Under the pieces are notes generated by a model that ran no database searches, was not told the origin of the DNA, and was given only the letters and a program-made list of their open reading frames with translations. The translations under genes were made by a program, and so were the position numbers. Positions 34,071 to 45,991 of a DNA stretch of 64,000 nt are shown here, one piece after another. This DNA comes from Macrostomum hystrix (taxonomy: Eukaryota; Animalia; Platyhelminthes). Numbering within the stretch: the stretch's first letter is position 1; the number at the start of each line of letters is the position of its first letter. The stretch lies in NCBI GenBank assembly GCA_950097015.1, contig CATNEN010000007.1, positions 4,774,001-4,838,000 of the forward strand. The letters run 5' to 3'.

Positions 34071-34527
34071 GAAACGAAAAAAAATTGAATGGCGCTGGTG
34101 AGTAGATTGCGAATCTTGGCGATGAAATCAAATAACCTGTGAATTTTTTAACATTCTTATTAGTGAAGCTGGAAGTAAACTGTCTCATAATATTTACTCA
34201 ATAAAATGAGCGAAATAAGAGCTTTGACGATCGACTAATGACACCTCATAGCCCAGAAACATATTTAACTAATGCGAGATGACCTACTAACGAGTAGCAT
34301 AGACAGCGTTGAGCATTTGCAAAAAAAATAAATCGGATAATAACAGCGCAGACTATTTTTGATTCCAATAATCAAGCCTTTTGTGCTGCACCTCTGTAAC
34401 AGAGCCTTCTGTACAGAAAGCATGGCTGGCCAAGCCACACGCGATCTCACTGTATTGACCATCTCAGATCGAAGATAACATTACATTAAAAACCAACCAA
34501 AGAGTTTCCGATGGAGCAAGAAGCGCT

Positions 34528-34944
34528 TTACTTGATGGAGGTGCAGCTGGATGCGATCTTCGGCCACAGATCGGCAGCCTCCTTGGCCACCGGGCCGGTT
34601 ATGGCCGAGCCCTTCATTTCGCCCTTGTTGTTAACAATGACCCCCGCATTGTCCTCGAAGTAAAGCGTGTCGCCATTTTTGCGCCGGAACGACTTGCGCT
34701 GCCGAATAATGACAGCTAGCATGACCTTCTTGCGCAGATCCGCCTTGCCTTTGCGCACGCTGCAGACAATGAGGTCGCCAACGCCGGCTGCGGGCAGGCG
34801 GTTCAGCCGGCCGCGGATGCCGGTGACGGCGAACAGGTTCAGCACCTTGGCGCCGCTGTTGTCGGCGCAGTTGACCGCGGCGCCGACTGGCAGGCCGAGG
34901 GAGACGCGAAACTTTGTGGACCGGGAGGTGCTGCGCTTCGACAT
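34528..34944 (-). CDS. RPL23: 60S ribosomal protein L23 (uL14), divergent and intronless, 138 aa
   Basis: MSKR...[22 protein letters not shown]...[13 protein letters not shown]...[32 protein letters not shown]. True start inferred at ATG 34944. Confidence 0.9.
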   Translation of the reverse strand: MSKRSTSRSTKFRVSLGLPVGAAVNCADNSGAKVLNLFAVTGIRGRLNRLPAAGVGDLIVCSVRKGKADLRKKVMLAVIIRQRKSFRRKNGDTLYFEDNAGVIVNNKGEMKGSAITGPVAKEAADLWPKIASSCTSIK

Positions 34945-37900
34945 GGTCAGGGCTGGAGTGAATGACGTGGCACTCGAATCAGATCTGCTAAAGTCTAAAA
35001 TCCTGGCTGAGAGATCGACCTTATGAGCTTTAATTCCTAATTTTCTGACCAATCTGTGATTATTGCAAAGCTGCATATCAGACTGTAGCATTGGGATGAA
35101 AATTACTCAGCCATGGAGAAATCAACAGCTTTGGTGGAAAGTGCCAAGAATTCTCTGCCAAGCTTTCTAACTGGAGGATTACATCCCAAAGGATTGCAAA
35201 CCTTGCCAGTTTCTTGCAAAAAAAGTTCTTCGAGCTAGGTAAAAATACTACACAATGCTATTCAATAAGTACCCAGAAAACAATATAAAAAGAAATATAT
35301 ATTTGTGGTTTGGCTAAACTAGTATTTTGTGGGTTAATTTTTTAACATATGTACAAAATTATCCACACATTAGAGCAACTGATATATATTAGTAGGTCCA
35401 TAAATCAGTGTCTAATAGAGTATTTAGGAATGTTAAGTTCCAGAAAGAAAACTTTCTTGTATCAACAACTACATTCATGGAATGGCTTTCTTATCGCAGG
35501 ATGACCACACTTAGTAAAATATAGGGAATTAGAAATGTTGAAAGCAAATTTTTGTTAGGTTCTATTGTTGGAGAATAGCAAATAAATAAGATTAAATTTC
35601 AACAGATAGAATCAAGGGACCTATTAAAGATTAATTATATTTATATAATTTTTAATTTATAGGATAAGCCTAGGCTAAAGGCATTTGTGGGTCCTATATA
35701 TCCTAATATATAGGAATATCATATAAAGTAGGACATAGTGATAGAAGAGGGGTTTTTTAGTTGGGTTAATTCTATATGAATAATAAATAGGATTAAGCTT
35801 CAATCAATAGAGGCATTAGGACATATTGGAAATTAATCTCAGTCCTATTTATTATATGGTGGTCTAAGGACTTTTGACTTTGTTAGGTATCTAAATATTT
35901 ATAAATCACAAACCAAGTCAATGATAAAAATTATAGCAAGAACTAAATTCTTATAATAAAACTTATGTTTTTGTTACTTTAAGCTCATACAATTTTTATA
36001 TATTTTCAAAAAGTTAAGTCTGACAATTTTTTAAATAAAAACTTAACTTGTATGACCAAACTTGTATTAGCTACTTTATATAAACATTTTTTGTTGAAGG
36101 TGTGGTAAGCTTCAACAGATGGTAGATAAAATAACCTTTTGTCTTTTTTGCATCTATGTCTACAACATAGGCCTAAAGTTTCAAGTTGATTAGAAAACTG
36201 GAAGTATTTTATAGGACTAAAGTTCAAGAATCCTTTTATTTTGAATCCTATGTGTATATAACTAGTTGAGAAAATATAGCTAAGTCTAGCTAGAAGAAAT
36301 TTTTTCTTTTTTGCCAAATTAGTTTTCAAGCTGACTCAAACTCACACAAACATGGTGATGTGTAATGTGACCTGGCAAGGGTCACAGACAAATGCTGATA
36401 TAGCTTTGCTAGGTTTTAAGTGCTGATGTGGATTTTGGGGGATAAAGTGCCATAGACATATCATAATTATGCCCATGCCCAACACCCGGCCGAACTGGCC
36501 AGGTGAAATGAGGGCCAAGCAAGGTTAGTTGCAAAAACCAATCAACCAAGCGCAAAAAATCAAAGGGGAGACCAAGGGACAAAAAAGGAAGGCGTGAGAA
36601 GAGGAAAAATGAGAGCAAACTAAGTCATAAATAGAGCAATGAAACGAACTGAGTCGTTAGTTCGTTTATCTATAGGCACTTTAGAAGTGCAGATTCAGTG
36701 CCAATGTAACTGAAAAAGCAAAAACAATAGCTGCCTAATAGAATACAAAGAATCTGAATGGTTAGTGCAATTAGTGTAATAGTGTAGTTTTCAATAAGTG
36801 AGCCCAGGCAATGCTTTTCTGAGATAGTATAAGAAGTTTAATTGTAAAGTTCTTCAGAAGTAATGATGCTGTTCCCTTTGTCAGCTAAAGTGAATGGCGG
36901 GATAAGAGTACTTGAGACTAGCTAAATACGTAAGATGACGAAGTTGTAAGATGACGAAGTGTCTAGGATCCCTCCGTAACAGTCGGTCGCGCAAAAAAAT
37001 ATTTAAATTTCTGCGTCGCTTTAACAACGCTATTGTTTCTGTTATTCTTATTTAGGCAACTAAAAGAAAAAAGAGCATGCAAGTGTACATTCATAATATT
37101 TTTTCCGATAATTGTATTAACTAACGTCTATAAAAACTATTCTGATTACTTTTTCTGATAGACCTACTTTTTATTTTGAATATTAGTGTATTGACGAAAC
37201 GGGATCCATAATCCGATATAGAGCCTACTTTTTTGGTTTTTCTCTCTTTTGAATTATCTACGCGATGCTTCTTTACATTTAAAACTACTGTTTACTTGTT
37301 CACGGAGCATGAAGAGGGCCATCCCGGCCACACGAGGAAAGCTTTGAATCGTGGTGTCTGTTATAATTCTTGCTCAGTTACTCCGTGAAATCGCGCGTCA
37401 CATCATTAGACCATTATAGGGTAGTAGGGGGTGGGGTCCTCTAAAATGATTTTTAGAGAATGAAATACCGCGTGAGCTGATGGAATGTGATAATGGGCCT
37501 CTTTGTCGTCAGATTGCCAAATGTTGAGAGAACATTTGAGCCGCAGGTTTCTGAATTCAAGAGGAAAAGTGTACACATGATTGCTTAATTCACAAATGTT
37601 CTTGCTCGTGCATCACACGATATTTATAAGCAGTAAAATAAAGTTTGTGAAATGTACTTCACATCAGAAAAATGTGATAAGACGGTGCAAAGAGGAAAGA
37701 ACGAAATTATGAACTGGCCGAAATGAATTATCAAAATTATGTTAGGTACTTGATACTTCAATCATAATCATTTGCACTGACAATCATGAAAAGTTTCGAT
37801 TTCTTTTTTATTCAGTTTTTGGACATTGTTTCTTTTTTAAGGCGCTATGCCACTACGCTAAGTTATGCTATAAAATATACAGTTTTAGAAATTACGAGCT

Positions 37901-38157
37901 GGCATTTGTCAGCTACAAAAAATTTAAAAGGCACATTTGATCCAAGTAAGACCTGATTTAAGAGCACTGAATAAGCATTCACGAACGAAATTCACCTCTA
38001 AGCCATGGCGAGCTTGATATTAGCAGGCCAACCGGCTAGTATTTTGAGAGCTTAATTGTTTGCTGAAGAGTTCCATGTCTTCAAACAGCTAGATCTCAGT
38101 TTTCAGTCGAAAGTGTATTGAACTTTTAAACTAATTACATAACTCTCCCATGCAGTC

Positions 38158-40539
38158 CTAATCTTTGCCTGCCAGCTTGACCTCGGTATCGTCCTCCCAC
38201 TCGATAGCAAGCCTGATGCCTCGCATCTTTCGCATGGTCTGCCTGGCGTGTTCGGTGCTGTTGCGAGCTCCGTACAGGCAATAGATGGTCATGCCCAGCG
38301 TCATCCACACCAGGAATCGAATCCAGGTACTGCTGGGCAGTGCCATCATCAAATAGACATTGACAAACACTGACAGGCAGGGTACGAAGGGTACGGCGGG
38401 CACTTTGAATGCGACTGGCTTGGCGTTCTCCGGTTGTCTTTGGAGGCTCAATACCAAAATGAGGCAGGCTAGCAAGCTGAGCAGGGTTGGTATCAGCACC
38501 GCAGGCTGCTGCATTCTGTCCGGGTAGTTCTCGGTTAGAAAGGCAAGCAAGGTTGCTGCGCCTAAAAACAGGAGGGTGTTGCGCCTGTTGATGCTCTCAG
38601 AGAAGCGCGTCGGCATCTTGCTCTGTGGTTTAAACGACAGTCGCAGGTATTCAATCCAGGTCATGCGCCGATGCTCAAGCAGGTGCGTTGACAGATCAGA
38701 CAATCCACCGGTGCGAGGCTCACGGACTAGGATAACGTCGGCTTCGTCGGGCATGTCGCTTGACTGCTGTTGCCTCTGTCTGCCAAACCTGCTTAACGAT
38801 ATTAAAAACATTGAAGTCAGGTACAATTTCTCATCTTTCACTGTGCCTTGTAGGTTGGCCCTCAAGGGCGACAACGGCAAGACCCAAGCGTTCTCTCCGC
38901 GGCTGCACCTGAAATTAATGGGCCTCGCCTCGGAATCCAGTCCAGGAGCCTTGGTGCATGAGGCAAACGCGTTAGACTCAGCCCCAGCTAAAGGAGTTTG
39001 CACGGAGTTGTAATTGATCCACTCACCTGTCCGATTCCAGCTTCTGCTGATGCTTATAGGCCACAACCCGGATGTCCACAGAGCCGGGTGGCTCTACCGG
39101 TTCCGGGTGTCGCAGATCGTCCTGATTGCCACGAAGGATAAGCACAGAGAGCGCCACCAGGGTGTAGGCGAGCAGGGTGCCGATGGACATCATGTCCACC
39201 AACTCCTTCAGCTCGAACATGCAGGCCATGATGGCCGATAGGAGGCCGGTCACGAGAGTCGCTACAACCGGAGTCGACAAGCGCTTGTTGACGCTGGCCA
39301 GGCCGCGGAACAGCAGCCCGTCCGAGGCCATCGCGTACACAATCCTAGGCAGGGGGAACATGGCACCGAGAAGGCTGGTTGACAGTGCGCAGACGGCGCC
39401 AACCGCTATAATGTAGTTGGCAACTTGCCAGCCCTGGGCAGCGAACGCAGCCGGTAGGGGCGCCAGAGGGTCCAGGGCGAAGTAGGGCTGGATCAGTGTG
39501 AGCACCGTGCTCAAAGAGAAATAGGCGGCAAAACAGATGGTCAGGCTGATGATGATGCTCACCGGGATGGCCCTCTGCGGATTTTTGGCCTCCTCGCCTG
39601 TCGTAGCAATCGCATCGAAGCCCACGAAGGCGTAGAAGCAGGTGCCGGCTCCGGAGACGATGCTGCGAGCACCGAACGGCAGGAAGCCGCCAGCGCCGAT
39701 GCGTGAAGCGGCATACGTGACGTTCGCAAAAACGACTGTGCCGTTAGGCCCCGGCCGGATGCGCCAGTTGTTGAGGTCGGCTAGCCAGCTGCCAGCGATC
39801 ACCACTGTGCCGAGGACGATCAGATTCACCAAAGTGAACACCTTAGTTACCCATGCGGATTCTTTCACTCCGAAGGCTATGATTAGCGTCAGCAGGAGGA
39901 CCACGCCGAATGCAAAGAAGTCAGGATATTCGGCGATGCCAGGCACGGACATTGTCAGGTGTTGGCGAAAGACGCCAATGACGCGGCCGCCGAGCAGACT
40001 GTCGAAGTTCTGCGACCAAGCACGAGCAACGCTAGCTGTGCCGATGGCGTACTCGAGGATCAGGTTCCATCCAATGATGAAGGCCATCAGCTCACCAACT
40101 GTCACGTAGCTGTAGACATAGGCGGAGCCGGACTTTGGCACTCGAGCGCCGAATTCGGCGTAACACAGACCAGCGAGCACCTGGAATGTGAGTGCATGGG
40201 CGAATTTAAAAATATATTTGAAAATAGAGCAGGGAACATTCGGCATTCGGTGAGCAGCGAATTTCGCACCGAGGCTGCGGCGGCCACAAGGAAAGAGGCG
40301 ATCACAGCCGGTCCGGTGGTCTTCTGGGCCACCTCGCCTGCTATGACGTAAACCCCGGCGCCCAGTGTAGAACCGACTCCCAGGGCGACGAGGTCAAGCG
40401 TGCCCAGACAGCGGGCCAGCTTGGTGTCGGTCAGGTGAGCTTCGTCCACCGTTTTCTTGCGCGTTACTACGCTGAGCAGCAGAGTGGCATAGTAGCTACA
40501 GAAGGCGCCACTCGACTGTGATGAGGCGGTCGGCGACAT
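38158..40539 (-). CDS. SLC7A: Cationic amino acid transporter (SLC7A1-4/CAT family, APC superfamily), ~684 aa
   Basis: Exons 40270-40539, 39027-40180, 38158-38788 with phases 0 and 2 consistent. Motifs [84 protein letters not shown]. Confidence 0.9.
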
Positions 40540-40837
40540 CTGGTATCCTACAGAACAAAATAAGCTCAATTAGTCTCTTATGCTAACTTTGCATTTTACC
40601 GTATTGTATTTTGTATTCTCTCATTCGTTGTGAAGACGCTATTGTCTTTTGTGTAACTTTTTCTCAAAAAGTTTTCGAGTTCGGTCCTGGAAGCAGGAGA
40701 ATGGCATTGCTTCAGGAAACAGTCGTGACCTGACAGAAACTCATTGCTTCAATCCCCTAATGAATGTTGAGTACAGTGTCTGTACTTGCATGAGATTGCA
40801 GCAATTACCTAGGTCAATTGGTCTCACTGTCCTTCAA

Positions 40838-40910
40838 GCCGCGATAGCTCAGTTGGGAGAGCGTTAGACTGAAGATCTAAAGGTCCCTGGTTCGATCCCG
40901 GGTCGCGGCA
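40838..40910 (+). tRNA. tRNA-Phe(GAA)
   Basis: 73-nt cloverleaf GCCGCGATAGCTCAGTTGGGAGAGCGTTAGACTGAAGATCTAAAGGTCCCTGGTTCGATCCCGGGTCGCGGCA followed by a T run. Confidence 0.97.
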
Positions 40911-42489
40911 ATTTTTTTATTTCGAAACTTTTTTCTCGCAAATTAATATAAACTTTATTCAGCATAGCTATTGTCCTGGCTGTCAATGCAAAGCACGACT
41001 TACTAGAAAGCATGAGTAGATGACTGTACTGTTATATAATGTTGCATGTAACTGCTTTCAGACCAAGTGGATTGAGGATAGATCAGCACAAACTCCCAGA
41101 CATCAGCAACCTCGTGATAATTTACGCCAATTACTCTTGCTGTAAATATGAAGTTTGACCAAAGGATTTCGAGCCCAAACTATGCTGTAAAATTTGCCGA
41201 TATGTTGCGTAAAATATAAAACGGAATATATTATCAGCGAAACAAGTGGGCCACTGAGTTGTGTTCTAAAGCGTGAAAACTTCCTTTTGCCTAATCGACC
41301 ATGAATTTTATTTTTTTTTAATCAAAATTAATTAAAGCAGCTTGTACTTTTGCCAGCGACTACGTCAAAGAAATGATTGCAACGTGCAGCATATTACTAT
41401 TTTTTACTCGTATTAAGAAGTCGATAAGAAATTAACAAATTTTCCTTTTAATGTCCGCCGACATTAACTGGTTTCAGTGAGCCACACCTAAAAAACTCAA
41501 TCCAAAATGCTGAGCACCTGGAACTCGAGAAAAGCGAACTCTCGATCAAACAAGTACCGACCTGTAATTTATTCCCCATTGGCAAGTCGCGCAAATTAAT
41601 ATTCAAAAGCACGACTTGGTGCATGGCGTGATTTTTCAATTAACATAATTGACAGTTTGGCTCAGAATGAGACCGAACTTCAGTCACCTTCACTCACTCC
41701 CGAATGTAGGCTTGCTTTCATGTACTTGGTTAAAGTGTTATTAATGGTTTATAGCTTTCAATACTTTTCTGCTTTTTAAGCATCCTTATTCTTAATTTCT
41801 GTGATTGTCAGCTGAGAACTCAGAGATTCTCAGAGAAATCTGGTTGTCTTGCCACCGCATCAACATGAAAGCATATTCTCATAGGAATATGGACTGACGG
41901 AATAAATGGCTGGTATAACAGGCTATACTTGAACTCACAATTATTCGCTAGTTCACAAACCGATGTTGACGCTCTTCTCTTGCTATACCAAGTTTGTTAC
42001 GCTCGTAAGTTAAAGTCGCGCTTTGGTATATCGAAAGATGTCACGGAGATGTTTCTGCTATGCAAATGGCCGATGCTGGCTCGCACTGAAACTGCTGGGC
42101 TTTTATTCAATCTATGCTAAGGTTCATGCTAATTCGATTAATCTGCAGAATGCAACTGCTGCATGGACTATATATTGAGCCAGCTCTCAGCCAATTAGAA
42201 CTGGGCATTGCGGCTGAGACTGGGGTGTTTTGAAAGTGCATACATTTTGAAAGTCAACCCTTTCTGTACGCCTTCTGCATGCAGTGCTAATTCTCAATTT
42301 TAATACCGCGTTTGTATACCTATAGGTGGGGACTCAGAAAAATTCCGAAGGTGCTGAAAGATAATGATCGCAAATGTGTAAAAACATTACATCTCATAGG
42401 TGCAGATCGGTGATGATGTCCCACGTACTGCCGAATGGATCTTGAGCTGCAACAAAGCACACTCCTGCCCGCTAATGTTTCTCTGTACC

Positions 42490-44350
42490 ACATCTTCTGT
42501 TACCACTCCCCTCCTGTTACCACTCCCCTCCTGTTACCACTCATCTCCTGTTACCACTCCCCTCCTGTTATCACTCCCCTCCTGTTACCACTCCCCTCCT
42601 GTTACCACTCATCTCCTGTTACCACTCCCCTCCTGTTATCACTCCCCTCCTGTTACCACTCCCCTCCTGTTACCACTCCCCTCCTGTTATCACTCCCCTC
42701 CTGTTATCACTCCCCTCCTGTTACCACTCCCCTCCTGTTACCACTCATCTCCTGTTACCACTCCCCTTCTGTTACCACTCATCTCCTGTTACCACTCCCC
42801 TCCTGTTATCACTCCCCTCCTGTTATCACTCCCCTCCTGTTACCACTCATCTCCTGTTACCACTCCCCTCCTGTTACCACTCCCCTCCTGTTAACACTCC
42901 CCTCCTGTTACCACTCCCCTCCTGTTATCACTCCCCTCCTGTTATCACTCCCCTAGCTCCTGTTACCACTCCCCTCCTGTTATCACTCCCCTAGCTCCTG
43001 TTACCACTCCCCTCCTGTTACCACTCCCCTCCTGTTACCACTCCCCTCCTGTTATCACTCCCCTAGCTCCTGTTACCACTCCCCTCCTGTTATCACTCCC
43101 CTAGCTCCTGTTACCACTCATCTCCTGTTACCACACCCCTCCTGTTATCACTCCCCTAGCTCCTGTTACCACTCATCTCCTGTTACCACTCCCCTCCTGT
43201 TATCACTCCCCTAGCTCCTGTTACCACTCATCTCCTGTTACCACTCCCCTCCTGTTATCACTCCCCTAGCTCCTGTTACCACTCATCTCCTGTTACCACT
43301 CCCCTCCTGTTATCACTCCCCTCCTGTTATCACTCCCCTCCTGTTATCACTCCCCTCCTGTTATCACTCCCCTCCTGTTATCACTCCCCTCCTGTTACCA
43401 CTCCCCTCCTGTTACCACTCCCCTCCTGTTACCACTTCCCACCTGTTACCACTACCCTCCTGTTACCACTCCCCTCCTGTTACCACTCCCCTCCTGTTAT
43501 CACTCCCCTCCTGTTATCACTCCCCTAGCTCCTGTTACCACTCCCCTCCTGTTATCACTCCCCTCCTGTTACCACTCCCCTCCTGTTACCACTTCCCACC
43601 TGTTACCACTACCCTCCTGTTACCACTCCCCTCCTGTTACCACTCCCCTCCTGTTATCACTCCCCTCCTGTTATCACTCCCCTAGCTCCTGTTACCACTC
43701 CCCTCCTGTTATCACTCCCCTCCTGTTATCACTCCCCTCCTGTTACCACTCCCCTCCTGTTATCACTCCCCTCCTGTTACCACTCATCTCCTGTTACCAC
43801 TCCCCTCCTGTTACCACTCCCCTCCTGTTATCACTCCCCTCCTGTTACCACTCCCCTCCTGTTATCACTCCCCTCCTGTTATCACTCCCCTCCTGTTATC
43901 ACTCCCCTCCTGTTACCACTCCCATCCTGTTACCACTCCCCTCCTGTTATCACTCCCCTCCTGTTATCACTCCCCTCCTGTTACCACTCCCCTCCTGTTA
44001 TCACTCCCCTCCTGTTACCACTCCCCTCCTGTTATCACTCCCCTCCTGTTATCACTCCCCTCCTGTTACGACTCCCCTCCTGTTACCACTTCCCACCTGT
44101 TACCACTACCCTCCTGTTACCACTCCCCTAGCTCCTGTTACCACTCCCCTCCTGTTATCACTTCCCTCCTGTTACCACTCCCCTCCTGTTACCACTACCC
44201 TCCTGTTACCACTCCCCTAGCTCCTGTTACCACTCCCCTCCTGTTACCACTCCCCTCCTGTTACCACTTCCCTCCTCCTGTACCCCACTCCCCTCCTGTA
44301 CCACAATCTTCGTCCTGTACTCCACGCCCTCCTCCCGTACCACTCCCCCC
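42490..44350. repeat. Minisatellite, 18-bp unit (~100 copies)
   Basis: CTCCTGTTA(C/T)CACTCCCC tandem with CTAG-insertion and TCAT variants. Confidence 0.95.
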
Positions 44351-45322
44351 TCCTGCTTCTGAAAAACTATCCACTCCCGTAGCCACTTCCACTGTCTCCT
44401 TTATTAGCTAAAGCCGTGTTTTGATCCGAAAACCATCTCACTTTTAGCTATTAAGCTCCCTAGAAAAAAATGAAGAACTGGTGGATTAGTCGGCAGTTGG
44501 TTCTTCGTCATATACTCAAACAGTCAGTATGCCATGCTAACTTTGTATATACTGACTGACAAAAAAACTGGCTACAGCTGATTCTTATATGAATATCAAA
44601 GTAGCAGTAATTTGCGTTTCTGAGTTCTTAATCAATAATCAATTAGAGATTGGCTTTTTTGGAGCGGACGAGAATTAATAAGAAAGCGAAAATTAAAATA
44701 TTTCAACTGATCCAAAGTCACGCCATATCCGTCTGTCGACTGTTTTATGTTCTCTCAAAGTAGAAGAAATTTATCTTTCGCACGACGCGGTAAAGCATTG
44801 ACTACTAAATGCTAGTAGGTGTATTTAGTATTTAATAGTCACTGCATATTCGATAAATCAATATACTAGCTCGTTTTTTAATTACAGCTAAACCGTTAAC
44901 ACTCACGGAGAAGTTATAAATTAAAGCAATATAGATGTGTGGCTACGGCTAACATTGTGAAAATTAGTAATTAATTAAAATATAAACAGTACATACGTTA
45001 TACTTTTATTACTTTAGATAGCTTAGCATTCAACATTTCTGTTTTAATTAACAATCCGGCGGAATTAATTTCCACCGCTCAAATTTTTTCACCTGCAGTT
45101 TATTAATAGTATACACAAGGAAGGCTTATTCGTCAATTAATTATATAAGTTATATGCTTTTACAAAATAAGAATCATCAAGTAAAGATTCAAGTTATTTT
45201 ATTAGTTTTTGTGTTTTTTAAAGATAACTATGCTTTTGTCCATTTGTGTATCTGTACAATTCTTTAGCAAGAAAAGCATATGTTGTTAGTATAAGTACAG
45301 ATTTTACCCCACCGGATAGCAA

Positions 45323-45395
45323 GCCGCGATAGCTCAGTTGGGAGAGCGTTAGACTGAAGATCTAAAGGTCCCTGGTTCGATCCCGGGTCGCGGCA
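45323..45395 (+). tRNA. tRNA-Phe(GAA)
   Basis: Identical to 40838-40910; T run downstream. Confidence 0.97.
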
Positions 45396-45991
45396 AATTT
45401 TGTAAAAAAATATTTTTCTTGCATTTGGAAAGCTTTCTTAAAAATAAGAGTAGTTGGTACAACTGCTTCATCTAAATTTTTATGTTCTATGCACTTCTTG
45501 TAAACGAAATCCAACAGACATTTTTAATATTAAATCGTGTGTAATTTAAGTTTTTTAGTTTTAGTAAAATAAAAATGCAGTCGATGCATTTTGCCGCTAA
45601 AGAAAGAAATAAACAATTATATACAAAGGACTGTTCCATTTATGCTGAAAAACATGCGCATTATATTCACCGATATGTACCGAAAAACACAACTTTCAAT
45701 AATCAAACTTTATAAAAGTGTAACAACTTGGTGTTAGGTTTACTTGTTGCTCATTTAAAAAGAGTCACTAAAAAGAAGTATACCTGCTAACCTAGGAATC
45801 CGTGCCTACGAGTATTATTTGCGAACTGGACTAAGGAAAGTTTTATATATTTTATGCTCTCACCTTTAAAAAATGGAAATTGCATGCCGAAGCAACCTAC
45901 GATCGCCTACTGTTAGTAAACGAATGCAAGTTTTTTGCAAAATATGGCGGAAGATGATAAATTACCAGTCCTCGTCGAGCTACGCAATGAA

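Noticed and set aside
34945-35091. N-terminal extension of the RPL23 ORF in the track (187 aa)
   Set aside because: Homology starts at MSKR (ATG 34944), and an acceptor-like site lies just upstream.
35350-36330. AT-rich stretch with faint resemblance to decayed Penelope/RT motifs on the minus strand (PTLYDIP, FNISNSLYFT)
   Set aside because: Many stops and only weak motif similarity; cannot be supported without a profile search.
38789-39026. Open frame through CAT intron 2 (possible retained intron or extra exon)
   Set aside because: Strong GTGAGT donor and acceptor give a phase-consistent splice; 238 nt is not a multiple of 3.
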